Assembly: GCA_963719035.1 (NCBI GenBank)
Contig: CAVRAO010000008.1
Location: forward strand, 192,001 to 256,000
Length of the DNA stretch: 64,000 nt
Reading direction: 5' to 3'
Origin: Methanobacteriota archaeon
GTDB lineage: Archaea > Halobacteriota > Bog-38 > Methanoflorentales > Methanoflorentaceae
The notes beneath the pieces were generated by a model that did not search any database, was not told the origin of the DNA, and saw only the letters and a list, made by a program, of their open reading frames with translations. The first letter of the stretch is position 1. The number at the start of each line of letters is the position of its first letter. Both the position numbers and the translations under genes were made by a program. Shown in pieces: positions 20,859-31,711 of this stretch.

Positions 20859-21530
20859 TCAGCCACCACCGTTACCAATAACAAAGACGTAATCTTGTAT
20901 CGTCTCAAATTGTGTGTCACCGCGTTCAATTCTTACCATATTCGGACGTGAACTCGCTACGTTTTTTAGTTCCAGTATCGTGCCCGTTTCACCTGAGTGC
21001 TTTCCTCCAACAATCATTGCCTTGTTGCCGGCTTTGCGTTCAAAATGTTCGATGATGTCGTAACCAGGTAATGAAAACACAAGTGAGTCACCTGTGCCAA
21101 ATTTTTTCTCGAGAAGCATGTTGGTCCCGTCGTGCAAGTTGTACTGCAGTTTGCCCCCTTTCACGACCGTAATGTTGTCAATTCGGGCCAACTTACGCTT
21201 CGCTTCCTCATCACTAATCTCAGTGAGTTGATACCTTCCGCGAGGATTAGGCAGCATACGATAGTGTCTGCCTGCAGCGGCGACTATATCAAACAGTCCG
21301 ACTTGCGCCTTGTGCTTCTTTATTGTGCGTCCATTCACCGTGACATCTCCACTATGCAAAATGCGCTTCGCCTCTTTAGCGTTGTCAGCAAGGTGTAACA
21401 TGTCCCTTAGTACAACCAATATTGGAACTGCATCGCTCGAGTGTGCGCCAGGAGACGCAGCAACAACCCACTTGTTTGTTTTTTTTGCGATTGGCCAACT
21501 CTTCGGTGCTGAGATCCGTTTTTGATGCAC
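20859..21530 (-). CDS. rps4e: 30S ribosomal protein eS4
   Basis: HQKRISAPKSW, NLHDG, GGKHSG, YVFVIG. Confidence 0.95.
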   Translation of the reverse strand: MHQKRISAPKSWPIAKKTNKWVVAASPGAHSSDAVPILVVLRDMLHLADNAKEAKRILHSGDVTVNGRTIKKHKAQVGLFDIVAAAGRHYRMLPNPRGRYQLTEISDEEAKRKLARIDNITVVKGGKLQYNLHDGTNMLLEKKFGTGDSLVFSLPGYDIIEHFERKAGNKAMIVGGKHSGETGTILELKNVASSRPNMVRIERGDTQFETIQDYVFVIGNGGG

Positions 21531-21531
21531 G

Positions 21532-21897
21532 CTATCCCCCCTCTAGTTTGCTCATTCGGCGCTTGTCCTTGACTTCAAGTTTCGTTACTATCACGTTTGA
21601 CGGATGAATGGGCCTCGATACTTCAGACCCATCGGCCTTGTGCACCGTCACCCCATCTACTTCTATGGTTTCGTCCTTAAGATTGACCTTCGCTACTTTT
21701 CCTTCCCGGTCCCGAAAATCCCCGCGAAGCACTTTTATTGTGTCCCCTTTTCGTATCTGAACGCTTCGAAGCTTATATTTGTCTGCAAGCTTCTTTTCCA
21801 GACGGGCGTGCAAATACTTCTGACGCACGTGGAGGGGGGCGACGAATCGTGCCTTCCGCTGTTTTCTCGGTTGTCCAGAACTCACTTTATTCACCAA
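21532..21897 (-). CDS. rpl24: 50S ribosomal protein uL24
   Basis: QPRKQRK, APLH, RPIHPSNV. Confidence 0.95.
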   Translation of the reverse strand: MVNKVSSGQPRKQRKARFVAPLHVRQKYLHARLEKKLADKYKLRSVQIRKGDTIKVLRGDFRDREGKVAKVNLKDETIEVDGVTVHKADGSEVSRPIHPSNVIVTKLEVKDKRRMSKLEGG

Positions 21898-21906
21898 TCT
21901 GATCCC

Positions 21907-22305
21907 TCACACTATAATTTGGGCCATCGAAGCAATCTTGCCGAAGCGTTCCGCGACTTCGCGGGCAACGGGCCCCTTGATCTCTGTTCCGCGGGGCTCC
22001 CCATTGTCGTCCGTTATAACGGCTGCATTGTCTTCAAACTTCACCCTTGTACCTTCAGGCCTTCTGAATTCCTTTTTCTGCCGCACGATGACGGCCCTGA
22101 GGATTTGTTTCCGCATATCAGGCGCCCCCTTCTTGACCGACACGACCACCATCTCACCTAATCCCGCCTTAGGTTGTCGCTTCTTGACTCCCCGATACCG
22201 TTTGACAGCGATAATTTCTAGAGTTCTTGCCCCCGTGTTGTCGACGCAGTCAAGTTTCGAGCTCGTTGACAGAGATCGCGGAATTTTTGCCTTTAAGCTC
22301 TTCAT
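21907..22305 (-). CDS. rpl14: 50S ribosomal protein uL14
   Basis: [21 protein letters not shown]. Confidence 0.96.
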   Translation of the reverse strand: MKSLKAKIPRSLSTSSKLDCVDNTGARTLEIIAVKRYRGVKKRQPKAGLGEMVVVSVKKGAPDMRKQILRAVIVRQKKEFRRPEGTRVKFEDNAAVITDDNGEPRGTEIKGPVAREVAERFGKIASMAQIIV

Positions 22306-22622
22306 AGTACCTGAATCACCACGAATGACTTAGTCTTGGACAATGGCCGACACTCTGCCAGGCTCACGCGGTCTCCCGTTTTTGCCGCGACGCAATCTGG
22401 ATTATGAGCGTGCAGCTTCGACCTCCTTTTTTCGTACCTTTCATATTTCGGGATATATTTGAGGTACTCCCGTTGCACGACAACGGTTCGCGCTGCCTTG
22501 TCGCTGACAACCGTTCCGTCCATCACTTGTCCACGTACTGATAGCGTGCCGTGAAAGGGACAATTTATGTCTTTGCACTCCTTTGTCGGGGGGACTACCT
22601 GAAATCCGATGTTCGTTCCCAT
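22302..22622 (-). CDS. rps17: 30S ribosomal protein uS17
   Basis: [22 protein letters not shown]. Confidence 0.96.
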   Translation of the reverse strand: MGTNIGFQVVPPTKECKDINCPFHGTLSVRGQVMDGTVVSDKAARTVVVQREYLKYIPKYERYEKRRSKLHAHNPDCVAAKTGDRVSLAECRPLSKTKSFVVIQVL

Positions 22623-22625
22623 ATT

Positions 22626-22916
22626 TCACCTGTTGTGCCATTTTCGAAGCCTTTTCGCGACGCGATCCTCAGGCCGTCCGACGACGAGACTTCCATCTAT
22701 TCTTACTTTGTCGCCATCTGATAACCAAAATTCAAACGTATTGCCGTGCTTAGCGGCCTTTTTCTCACGTCTGCGGCTTTCTAGCGTAAAGAGGTTTCTG
22801 CTTTCGTCAATGATCCGACCGCTCAGGCCTACGCTGTCCCTGTTGGTGCTCTTCACCACTGTCGCGCGTAGCCCAATCAGCTCGTGATTTACGACATTTT
22901 GATGATCAATTTTCAT
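22626..22916 (-). CDS. rnp1: Ribonuclease P protein component 1 (Rpp29/Pop4)
   Basis: HELIGL, GRIIDESRN, GRPEDR; canonical position. Confidence 0.93.
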   Translation of the reverse strand: MKIDHQNVVNHELIGLRATVVKSTNRDSVGLSGRIIDESRNLFTLESRRREKKAAKHGNTFEFWLSDGDKVRIDGSLVVGRPEDRVAKRLRKWHNR

Positions 22917-22923
22917 CTAGCAC

Positions 22924-23142
22924 CTACGCAAGTCCTTCCGGCTTCTTTTTATCCTCGTTAATGATTGTGTGAATTCGAGCAATAGTCCGTCGAAGTTCCT
23001 TTGATCTTCCTGGATTTTCGGGAGCGCCGCCAGCAGAAACAAGGGCTCTTTCTCTCAAGAGCTCCGCAATCAGCTCGCTCAGCTGCTTGCGACGTTCATC
23101 CGGTTTCATCTTGCGTATCTCTTGGCTCCTCAATATTGCCAT
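22924..23142 (-). CDS. rpl29: 50S ribosomal protein uL29
   Basis: [27 protein letters not shown]. Confidence 0.94.
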   Translation of the reverse strand: MAILRSQEIRKMKPDERRKQLSELIAELLRERALVSAGGAPENPGRSKELRRTIARIHTIINEDKKKPEGLA

Positions 23143-23758
23143 GCGATTCGACCCCTTCGTCAACTTGTTCAACTAGTCGTATGTCATCGGGAAGCCTGAC
23201 TCCCGGAGGCACTATGAAGACTTTGACCCCGATGATACCAAGCTTTCGTTTTGCCACGGCGTAGCCTTTCATTACCAGGTCCTCTGCAGGCTTTCCGCAA
23301 TGTTTTATGTATCCAGCTAGAAACTTCTCCGTTCGTGATCGCGGGCCTGTGATTTTTCCGGCAAGGATCACCTCACATCCAAGCGCGCCGGCATCCATGA
23401 CCCGCTGAAGCGTAGATTGGCCTGCCTTTCTGAAGTACCAGCCACGCTCAAGCGCGTTGGCTAACCGATGGGCCATTATCTGGGCGTTTAACTCGGGAAC
23501 CTCAATCTCTTGAACATCGAGCTGCGGGTTGTCGAGCTTGAAACTTGCATCGAGCTCCCTGGTAACCCTTCGGATCGTTTTACCGCTCTTACCAATGATC
23601 ATACCAGGTTTCTCTGCATATATAGTGATGTGCGTTCCCATAGGAGTGCGATTGATCTCCATACCGCCGTAGCCTGCGCGCTCCAGTTCCCGGTTGAAGT
23701 ACTCATTCATTTGAGACCGCTTCAAGCCCTCCTCCACAAATTTTTTTTCAATCCCCAT
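23096..23758 (-). CDS. rps3: 30S ribosomal protein uS3
   Basis: [26 protein letters not shown]. Confidence 0.96.
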   Translation of the reverse strand: MGIEKKFVEEGLKRSQMNEYFNRELERAGYGGMEINRTPMGTHITIYAEKPGMIIGKSGKTIRRVTRELDASFKLDNPQLDVQEIEVPELNAQIMAHRLANALERGWYFRKAGQSTLQRVMDAGALGCEVILAGKITGPRSRTEKFLAGYIKHCGKPAEDLVMKGYAVAKRKLGIIGVKVFIVPPGVRLPDDIRLVEQVDEGVESHGNIEEPRDTQDETG

Positions 23759-24218
23759 TTGTTAACTCCTGCAGCACTATCTCGACGGTTACCGTAGCCG
23801 TATTCTTTGCGGTAGCGCGACCCATCGCACGGGGCATTCGGCCTTCAATGACCCGACCACGTCTCGCCAGACTGTGGACAATGAACGTTTGCTCCGTATC
23901 GAGCCCTTGGTATTCAGCATTCGCTTCAGCGTTCCTCAGGACTATCAATATCTCTCGAGCTGCTTTTTGCGGGTAGCGCCCTGCATCCCATCCGTGCATT
24001 GCCGCTCGGTGCCCTACCCCCGAATTATGGCGCTTGAAAGGCACCGGCGTCTCCATCTTCGTGACCGCTTCCAGATAGGATTTGCCTTCTACGAGAGACC
24101 TTCCACGCAGCTCCCTGCAGATTTCCACGCAATGTCGAGGTGATACATGCAGTTCATGCCCCTGCGAACGGGCGGTTTTTTCCTTCTGAAACTCTGCCGA
24201 ATACGTCGTGAATGCCAT
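23748..24218 (-). CDS. rpl22: 50S ribosomal protein uL22
   Basis: [22 protein letters not shown]. Confidence 0.95.
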   Translation of the reverse strand: MAFTTYSAEFQKEKTARSQGHELHVSPRHCVEICRELRGRSLVEGKSYLEAVTKMETPVPFKRHNSGVGHRAAMHGWDAGRYPQKAAREILIVLRNAEANAEYQGLDTEQTFIVHSLARRGRVIEGRMPRAMGRATAKNTATVTVEIVLQELTNGD

Positions 24219-24222
24219 TTTA

Positions 24223-24633
24223 TCACTTCAGCGGAACATATCTACTCGATCGCGTGGCTCCCACCCCTGCACTGCCGTGCGATACCCTTTTCCTTGTCAG
24301 CGCATATTCACCAAGGTAATGCCCAATCATTTCCGGCATTATCTCAAAGCTAGCGAATGTTTTTCCATCGTGCACTCCGATGGTGGTGCCAACCATTTCA
24401 GGAAGAACGATCATATCCCTTTGGTGGGTCCGGATCGCTTTTCCGTCTCGTATTTTCTGCAAAAGCTTTTTTTGTTCTTCAGTGAGCTCTCTTGTAAGCT
24501 TCCGGCGTTGCCGCGCAGGAAAGAGCTGAGTTAGTCCGTCAAGGTCCATATCCTTGAGCCCCTGAAGAGAGAGACCCCTGTACGAGAACTCTTCCTTTCT
24601 GCGAGGCGCCTCGACCTTTCGTCTCTTAGCCAT
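24223..24633 (-). CDS. rps19: 30S ribosomal protein uS19
   Basis: [23 protein letters not shown]. Confidence 0.96.
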   Translation of the reverse strand: MAKRRKVEAPRRKEEFSYRGLSLQGLKDMDLDGLTQLFPARQRRKLTRELTEEQKKLLQKIRDGKAIRTHQRDMIVLPEMVGTTIGVHDGKTFASFEIMPEMIGHYLGEYALTRKRVSHGSAGVGATRSSRYVPLK

Positions 24634-24655
24634 TCATTCACCAGCCTCAATTTAG

Positions 24656-25369
24656 TTATCGTTTACCCGTACGTCGTGCGGCTATGCTGCCAACTTTCCG
24701 GCCTGGAGGCGCATTCCGACTAACTGTTTTTGGACGACCCGGGTGTTGCCAACCGCCGCCGCCAAATGGGTGATCGACTACGTTCATTGCAACTCCACTT
24801 ACCCTTGGATATTTAGCAGCTCTTGAACGAAGTTTGTGGAATTTCTTGCCTGCTTTGACAAAGGGTTTGTCAAGGCGGCCTCCGCCCGCCACCGTCCCTA
24901 CCATAGCCCGGCAATGCGGATGTAACCATTTCATTTCCCCACTGGGGAGCTGCACGACAGTTTTTTGCACATCGTGCGCGACAAGCATCGCGTACACGCC
25001 GGACGCTCGTGCGAAACAACCTCCGTCGCCCGGTTGCGATTCGATGTTACAGATTGGGACCCCTTCGGGGATTTCAGCAAGCGGCAGGATATTGCCCGCC
25101 TTGATCTCCGCCGATGCGCCGCACGCGATCTCATCGCCTACACATAGACTTTCAGGTATCAACACTAAGCGCTCAGTCCCATCCGCCAACTGAACCCGCC
25201 CGATTGGAGCGCTCCGAGCAGGGTCGTGTAGCACTTCAACTACGCGGGCTTTCACGGTCTCGTTCTTGTCAGCTTTTATGAGTTTCAAAGCGGCCTTGAA
25301 GCGGTGAGAAGGTGCACGATAGGTTGGTGTGCCCTTGCCTCGATTTTGCGATATAATCCTCTTTCCCAC
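24656..25369 (-). CDS. rpl2: 50S ribosomal protein uL2
   Basis: [27 protein letters not shown]. Confidence 0.97.
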   Translation of the reverse strand: MGKRIISQNRGKGTPTYRAPSHRFKAALKLIKADKNETVKARVVEVLHDPARSAPIGRVQLADGTERLVLIPESLCVGDEIACGASAEIKAGNILPLAEIPEGVPICNIESQPGDGGCFARASGVYAMLVAHDVQKTVVQLPSGEMKWLHPHCRAMVGTVAGGGRLDKPFVKAGKKFHKLRSRAAKYPRVSGVAMNVVDHPFGGGGWQHPGRPKTVSRNAPPGRKVGSIAARRTGKR

Positions 25370-25381
25370 AGCACGACCCCC

Positions 25382-25627
25382 TTAGAAGATACCAAGTCTT
25401 GACGCAATTTCTTCAGCAGAATCATCGCTCGAAAGCGTGATGGTGGCCTTCTTAAACCCTTTTGGCGTGACAAGTGTCTTCACATCGACAACTGTCACTT
25501 CATAGATCTCTTCTACCGCTTTTTTTATGTCGTCTTTTGTATCTTCCACATCGACGATGAAAGTAAGCTTGTTTTCTCTGTCAAGCTGAGCAGTCGCCTT
25601 TTCTGTAACATACGCATATTTCAGCAT
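25382..25627 (-). CDS. rpl23: 50S ribosomal protein uL23
   Basis: VTEKA, ENKLTFIV, KKA, ASRLGIF. Confidence 0.95.
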   Translation of the reverse strand: MLKYAYVTEKATAQLDRENKLTFIVDVEDTKDDIKKAVEEIYEVTVVDVKTLVTPKGFKKATITLSSDDSAEEIASRLGIF

Positions 25628-25631
25628 GACG

Positions 25632-26375
25632 CTAACCTTTTCCCACGGCATTTATCGCCGATTGTGTCCATATTGCAAGTCTCCCAGCGTGAGTGCCTGG
25701 TGCCAGAAGCTCCACGTTTAACTTATCCACAGTAGTTACGTCAACTCCAGGAAGATTACGCGCTGCTAATACAGGCTTGGTACTAATAATAAGGACGCTC
25801 TTCTTATTTTTGTAGCGTCGGCCGCGCCGCTTACCTTTCCCGGCACGCACATGTTTACCACGTTTCGCTTTCTCCACGTCTTGCCAGACGTTGAGCGCAG
25901 CCAATACTTCAGCGATTTGCCGAGTTGATGCCAAGTCTTCGAAGGCATCCTCTACGATGAGTGGAAGCGTTGCGTCAAACCGGTGCCCTCGTGCCTTTAC
26001 CAAATCAGGATTTGCCGTTGCTGCGATTGCAGACCTTATCGCTTTCTGCTTCTCCTTTTTATTTATCTTCTCTACAAAAACCCTAGTAACAGACGGCGGA
26101 TGCGCCCTTCTTCCACCTACGGCTTGTGGCACCCTCGCGACTCTACTCGAGTTCTTTAAACGCGGAACTTGTGCGACCCCGCGCCCGGAGCCCCACGATT
26201 CTGCTGAGGTCTTAAGACCTGCCGTGGGCTGCGGTCCGTATGCTTGCCTCCGATTTGCCTGCGAGACAACGACTGCCTTTTTTATGAGATCTGGGCGGTA
26301 AAATTCCTCGAAAAGCTCGGGGAGATCGACTTGCTTTTTCTTTTTTCCCTTCAGGCTCAGCACTTTGCCTTTCAT
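25632..26375 (-). CDS. rpl4: 50S ribosomal protein uL4
   Basis: [30 protein letters not shown]. Confidence 0.96.
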   Translation of the reverse strand: MKGKVLSLKGKKKKQVDLPELFEEFYRPDLIKKAVVVSQANRRQAYGPQPTAGLKTSAESWGSGRGVAQVPRLKNSSRVARVPQAVGGRRAHPPSVTRVFVEKINKKEKQKAIRSAIAATANPDLVKARGHRFDATLPLIVEDAFEDLASTRQIAEVLAALNVWQDVEKAKRGKHVRAGKGKRRGRRYKNKKSVLIISTKPVLAARNLPGVDVTTVDKLNVELLAPGTHAGRLAIWTQSAINAVGKG

Positions 26376-27368
26376 CTATCTCACTCCTTGCTTCGACTGA
26401 AGACTTATGTAGCTCAGCTCCGGAATCGCGCGCGTGGTCTTTTTTGGCCGGCTTGCGTGTCTCATCCTAATAAGCCTTTTGGAAGGCCCAGGAATCGAAC
26501 CATGGAGTAGAACGTAAGCGCCTTTAACGACTCCATATCCTATAAATCCGCCCGCGGGCGTCACTGTGGTTCCGTCCGATCCGATCTTAAGTATTCGTTT
26601 GTTATACTCAGTTCTTTGTTGATAGCCCATCTGGCCAAGTTGGGGGACCGTCCATCTAACTCGCGCAGGGTTCCAAGGCCCAAGATTCCCGATATGGCGC
26701 CCCTTGCCACCCCTGAAAGCCTTTCTGTCCTGGATGGTAACACCCCACCTTTTGACCGGTCCCTGCACCCCTTTTCCCTTTGTTACTGCGGTGACGTCGA
26801 TGAGCGTGCCTTCCTTAAAGACGTTGACCGCCTCAATTTCCTTTCCAAGCATACCTTGCGCATATGTATACGCAGCATTCACATCGTCCCCACCAACAGG
26901 CATTTCCATCAGCTCAGGCACCTTCTTGGGTATCCCGCTAACGTCCGCCGGCGAGGTGTACGCCAGCACCCTGATCTCATCAGCACCGTCGAGACTTCCT
27001 GCATCAAGTGCTCCCTTCTTTGGAAGCGGCCTCAGCTTTGCCAGATCCCCGCTGATATCGCTAGCCCACGTTTCAAGCTCAACTCGTTTTCCATATGACG
27101 TCTTTTGGTACGCTCGTAAAGCCGCTATTTTCATTGGTGGAGTTTCTACGGCGGTGACGGGCACACTTATCTCCAAACCCTCTGTTGGGCTATTGGGCGT
27201 GTCATCGACAATAATAACGTGCGTCATCCCAGCTTTGTAGCCTGCGAATCCCTGAATTTCTGGTTCGCCTTGCTGTGGCCACGAACGGATTCTCGGTATT
27301 TCGCTCTTCGCCCTCTTTCGCGGGCTGTAGGCGAGCGATCCGCGCCTTGGACGATGTCTTTTTGTCAT
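26376..27368 (-). CDS. rpl3: 50S ribosomal protein uL3
   Basis: HRPRRGSLAYSPRKRA, GYKAGMTH, TKGKGVQGPVKRWG. Confidence 0.97.
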   Translation of the reverse strand: MTKRHRPRRGSLAYSPRKRAKSEIPRIRSWPQQGEPEIQGFAGYKAGMTHVIIVDDTPNSPTEGLEISVPVTAVETPPMKIAALRAYQKTSYGKRVELETWASDISGDLAKLRPLPKKGALDAGSLDGADEIRVLAYTSPADVSGIPKKVPELMEMPVGGDDVNAAYTYAQGMLGKEIEAVNVFKEGTLIDVTAVTKGKGVQGPVKRWGVTIQDRKAFRGGKGRHIGNLGPWNPARVRWTVPQLGQMGYQQRTEYNKRILKIGSDGTTVTPAGGFIGYGVVKGAYVLLHGSIPGPSKRLIRMRHASRPKKTTRAIPELSYISLQSKQGVR

Positions 27369-27377
27369 TATTTTACC

Positions 27378-28176
27378 TCACGTTGATTCGTGCAGCGCGA
27401 CGTTAAACACACTCAACGTAGCCATGATAGCTTCTTCTGTTCGCACCGTTTCTGTGCCTTGGTCAGGGATCGTATTAACGATAAAGTCTGACGCTTCCTC
27501 GATCGATAGCCCTGCTTCGTTAAGAAGCGCTTCTACTCCGCGGTTTGGAGCGCCAAACACAAACGTTGTCAAGCCGGTGCCTCTCCTTTTAATGTCATCT
27601 CGCATTGTAGGGCTTATTACCTTTCCGCGCTTCGCGGTGGTCACCACCAGCCCCTCCAGTGCGTCTTTGATGCTAGCCACCACCCGAACCGAATATCCCC
27701 AATATTCAGGCGGCTTTTGAATCGCTTCAACTTCGAGCGGATCTCGCGAAAAGATCTTGACTGTCACGCGCTCCCCTTTGTGCAGCGTCTTCGTGCACAA
27801 AAAGGCTGGGCAATCCAAACCGATTTCAACCCAAGCGCAGTCAGTCCCGACGTCTATCACAATTCCATCACGAACGTTATCACGCTCGTGCACATGATGA
27901 CGAGTCTTTAACGGGGGGACAACCCCGACATATCTCAATTCATTTGAGCGCGGGAAAAGCAGCTTTCGAAAGGTACTGCGGTGCCTCCATGTACTGCAAT
28001 ATCGCCGCGATGAATCGACTGTCATCGTGCGCAGCGTCGCGGAAGATCGCGATGCGATTTACCTTGAATATTGCTGCCGCCCGAGCTATCTGTCCGACCT
28101 TATACGTCTTGATTTTCTGATCAGCCGTTTCGATGGTCAGGGAGGACGGTATAGCGAGCTGTATCTCAGGGTACAT
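27378..28176 (-). CDS. SPOUT-family RNA methyltransferase (C9orf114/MTH1-like), +1 indel next to GGTAC at about 27970
   Basis: AIPSS, GQIARAAAIF, EAPQYL in frame 1; RKLLFP...NTIPDQGTETVRTEEA in frame 2; span 799 = 3n+1; canonical position upstream of rpl3. Confidence 0.9.
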
Positions 28177-28235
28177 CTTCGCTCGTTCTTCGCAATAACG
28201 CGTAAACCCGTGTAGTCTTTAGAACTACAACAAAG

Positions 28236-28250
28236 CTACTTAAAGGTTTC
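28236..28250 (-). promoter_or_regulatory. Probable BRE/TATA promoter of the ribosomal superoperon
   Basis: Minus strand GAAACCTTTAAGTA about 60 nt upstream of the first gene. Confidence 0.55.
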
Positions 28251-28651
28251 TGACTCGATTACGGCGCGTCAATGGATTCCGATAGAATGCTTGTCGCAGA
28301 AGCTACGCAAGATACCCCCAGTAGACAACGCAAGCGGCTCTGGGATGTCACTGAACGGGTAATGCTTGCAATTTTATAAAACGCTAGTTACTACACAAAA
28401 TCAGTCATACGGTTTGCGACTGGCAATGCCCACCGAAAGAAATAACTGTAAAAATTAAGACTTAATAGCTCAAACGCAAAGTCAAAGACGTACAGTATCT
28501 GCAGCTCAACAAACTGACGCTGGCAACAACTGACTCTCCTTCAATCGGAAGTTGAGTCGGTTCAGTTTGCTGCTCCAGGCCGAAACAGCAAAAACCGCTC
28601 TGTAATCAAAATCTATTGTTAAAAAAACGGGACGTCGAATCGACAAGTGAC

Positions 28652-29608
28652 ATGATTCAAGTAGTAACGCCTTCGAGGCTTCATATTACGCTCATTGATT
28701 TAAATGGAGCGTTGGGACGAGTTGACGGTGGCGTTGGACTTACTCTCGACTATCCATCAATTAGAATCAACGCAAAAAAAGATGCACAACTTTCAGTTTC
28801 AGGAACCACAGAGTTCGCAGAGAGGATCACGAGTGCTGCTTCTGCAGTTCTAACACAATATAGCATCAATGGCGTCGCGATTGACGTGGTTCAAGAATAC
28901 CCTAGCCATGTGGGACTTGGTTCAGGAACACAGGTCGCACTTGCCGTAGGGACTGCTATAAGCGAACTCTATGATCTTAACCTCAATCCGACGACTATCG
29001 CAAAATTGACGGGGAGGGGGGGTACATCAGGCATAGGTGTAGCAGCTTACGAGTTGGGCGGCTTCCTCGTTGATGGGGGTCACAAAGGCAAAACGGAATT
29101 CTTGCCATCATCGGCTTCAGGCAAATTCGGTCCTGGACCAATAATCGCCCGTCACGATTTTCCAGATTGGGACATCGTTCTCGCAATTCCAAACCTGCGC
29201 GGAGCAAGCGACAAACACGAGATCGACGTTTTCAAAAAACAGTGTCCGCTGCCGCTCAACGAAATTCAGGAGCTATGTCACGTCATTTTGATGGAGATGC
29301 TGCCAGCTGTTGTAGAACGCGACATCGAAAGTTTCGGCCGTTCGATCAACCGAGTTCAGACGATCGGCTTCAAGCGTCGTGAACTTGAACTACAGCCATT
29401 TTGTACGCATCTCGTTCAATTCATGCGCGAAAATGGAGCGATCGGCGCTGGAATGAGTTCTTTTGGTCCCGTCGTTTACGGGATAACCGATAGAAAGCAG
29501 CTGCAAAAAACAGTTCAGAGCTATTTAAATGACTCTATCGGCGGAAAAGTACGTATCGTAAAAGCGCAAAACACCGGTGCTTACATTCAAGAGATCGTGG
29601 AGAGCTGA
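28652..29608 (+). CDS. Beta-ribofuranosylaminobenzene/phenol 5'-phosphate (RFAP) synthase, GHMP family; methanopterin biosynthesis
   Basis: TPSRLHITLIDL, GRVDGGVG, HVGLGSGTQ, RGGTSGIG, GMSSFGP. Confidence 0.92.
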   Translation: MIQVVTPSRLHITLIDLNGALGRVDGGVGLTLDYPSIRINAKKDAQLSVSGTTEFAERITSAASAVLTQYSINGVAIDVVQEYPSHVGLGSGTQVALAVGTAISELYDLNLNPTTIAKLTGRGGTSGIGVAAYELGGFLVDGGHKGKTEFLPSSASGKFGPGPIIARHDFPDWDIVLAIPNLRGASDKHEIDVFKKQCPLPLNEIQELCHVILMEMLPAVVERDIESFGRSINRVQTIGFKRRELELQPFCTHLVQFMRENGAIGAGMSSFGPVVYGITDRKQLQKTVQSYLNDSIGGKVRIVKAQNTGAYIQEIVES

Positions 29609-29617
29609 AGGTCTTCT

Positions 29618-30178
29618 TTGGATTGGGAGTATCAAACGATTCACATGGAACGTTTTGACGTTAAATTATCAAAGGCTCAACGGCTGTTGCTGATGACAGA
29701 CGGCTCAGTTACGACTTTGCTTGAAGTATTGACCGGCAAACCTGTCGTCGTGACAACTTTGCTACAGCAGGTGGTCAAAGCAGATACCGACAAGGCAGCG
29801 GACTTAGATGTAGCAGAAGGGGACAACATAAACTATCGCGTCGTTGTTCTGAAAAACGAGGGTGATGATCGACCGCTGATTTACGCAGAGTCCTACACCC
29901 CCATCGCACGTCTGCAAAAAGAGTTCAGACACGACCTGATGAAAGCTGATATACCGATAGGACGAATTATGGCACAACGAAAAATAGAGTCACGACGCGA
30001 AATCAGACATATCGCTACGACGTTAAACGAAGAGCTTAGCGACTTGTTTGACGTTGCTCACGACATACCCATGTTGTCGCGCACCTATGATATTATAAGT
30101 CACGGCATGGTGCTGATTCGCATAACTGAGACGTTCCCTTCGACCAATTTTGCAAAAATAGTGATGGAGCTCCCTTGA
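29618..30178 (+). CDS. Chorismate pyruvate-lyase family protein (DUF98, UbiC-like)
   Basis: LLMTDGSVTTLLE, ADIPIGRI, ITETFP; adjacent to RFAP synthase. Confidence 0.85.
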   Translation: MDWEYQTIHMERFDVKLSKAQRLLLMTDGSVTTLLEVLTGKPVVVTTLLQQVVKADTDKAADLDVAEGDNINYRVVVLKNEGDDRPLIYAESYTPIARLQKEFRHDLMKADIPIGRIMAQRKIESRREIRHIATTLNEELSDLFDVAHDIPMLSRTYDIISHGMVLIRITETFPSTNFAKIVMELP

Positions 30179-30270
30179 CGGCGCAAGCCGACTAGACGAT
30201 GCCAACTGAAAAATCTAGCGTCGAACTGCTATTACAGAGCTAAAATTAAATAAAGCTCAGCAAAACTTGA

Positions 30271-31497
30271 TCAGCTAGCACGCTTCTTTAACATCGCAGC
30301 GATAATTGTGGCAAATAGCAAGCCAAGCATCGCTGATACAGTCTCGAATCCCGGCGTTAGAACACGCTGAGCTGCGGCGGTTGCGGTCATATTCTCGTTT
30401 GTAACAGAACTCGTAGAGGTAAGCGTTGTAGTAGGGGTCGGGGTCGCTTGAATTAAACCGTAGTTCTCAATCGGCTTAACAAGAGGATATTTGTCTCCCC
30501 CAAAAGAAGAGTCTGCGATTCCATTTCCGTCTGAATCGGTTCCTGCGTAATTCGAATAGTAATTGCCTACAAAACTGCTGAACGGATTGCCGTTAAACGT
30601 ATAATTCAGCTTTTTTGTCGAATTGATGTTGTTATCTTCCTGCGTATAGAAATGGCTCTTTTCATTAACGAAGTTGTTGAAATAAAACGTGTTGCTTCTT
30701 GAGTCCCCGATCAGAACGCCGTTTTCCTCGTTTGCTTTGAAAGTGTTCCACGAAAACTTGTTATTGTCCGACCCTTCTCGAAGCCGCACACCAAACTGTG
30801 CGTTTGCACTTATCGTATTATGTGAAAAAACGTTGTTCTTTGATTGGTAAAGAGAGGCCCCAAAGTTGTCATTGTTGCTCAGATCGCATTGCGTTACGTT
30901 GTTATTGTTTGAATTATACATATAAATGCCATCACTTAGAGAGGCTTTACCACCGCCACCTTTTTCATTCGATGCGCTGTTGTTCGACAATCTGTTTCCG
31001 GACGATCCGTCCAAATAGATGCCAAAACCGTTACCATCGAGGTTGTTGTTGCTTACCAGATTGGATGTTGCGGCAGCCAGGTAAACTCCAAAAACGTTAC
31101 CATTAACAACACTGTTAGTAAGTATGCAGTTCGATTGTCCAAAAGTTACTCCTCTGTTGCCCCCCGTAATAGTGAACGCTTGTATGCTGATGTCGGAACT
31201 GCCAAGCAGAAAGACGTCTTTGCTCGTGTCTGAAGCTTTTACTATCGTCGCTTGAGCTCCGTTCGTGGAGAGTATCTTAAGAGACTTGTCTACCGCGACG
31301 TTTTCAACATAAGTCCCAGGGCTAACAAGTATAGTGTCTCCAGCGTTTGCAGCTTTCACTGCTGCAGAAATTGTACTATACTTACCCCCGCCGCCGACTT
31401 TCAGTTCACTAGCACTGACGCAGGGGATTGAAGCTGAGACGCACGCTGCCAAAACGACGGATACAATAACTAACTTTAATAGTTCTTCAGCTTTCAT
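30271..31497 (-). CDS. Cell-surface NosD/CASH right-handed beta-helix protein with PGF-CTERM anchor
   Basis: Signal peptide, GDTILVSPGTYVEN, N-rich GIYL repeats, GNYYSNY..DSDGNGIAD, Thr-rich linker, TPGFE + TM + KKR. Confidence 0.88.
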   Translation of the reverse strand: MKAEELLKLVIVSVVLAACVSASIPCVSASELKVGGGGKYSTISAAVKAANAGDTILVSPGTYVENVAVDKSLKILSTNGAQATIVKASDTSKDVFLLGSSDISIQAFTITGGNRGVTFGQSNCILTNSVVNGNVFGVYLAAATSNLVSNNNLDGNGFGIYLDGSSGNRLSNNSASNEKGGGGKASLSDGIYMYNSNNNNVTQCDLSNNDNFGASLYQSKNNVFSHNTISANAQFGVRLREGSDNNKFSWNTFKANEENGVLIGDSRSNTFYFNNFVNEKSHFYTQEDNNINSTKKLNYTFNGNPFSSFVGNYYSNYAGTDSDGNGIADSSFGGDKYPLVKPIENYGLIQATPTPTTTLTSTSSVTNENMTATAAAQRVLTPGFETVSAMLGLLFATIIAAMLKKRAS

Positions 31498-31711
31498 AAT
31501 TATAGTGAGACTAAATGTTCGTCAATCTCCCCCTATCAAACTGTGCGGTGCCACTCGGCTTGTATTTCCGTTGCTGAGAGATATAAGAATATCTAAATTC
31601 CGCAATTTACCGAAAAGTCAACAGGCCTACCTAAACCGATTATTGTGACGTTGTGACTAAAGACACAACAGGTCTACACGCCTTTTCGAATCAGAACGCA
31701 GTCTGATATGG

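Noticed and set aside
23096-23142. 47-nt rps3/rpl29 overlap
   Set aside because: Variable acidic S3 tail; overlaps are common in this operon.
28320-28370. THF riboswitch resemblance (AGTA...GGGATG)
   Set aside because: Lacks the rest of the consensus; kept only as a generic structured-RNA candidate.
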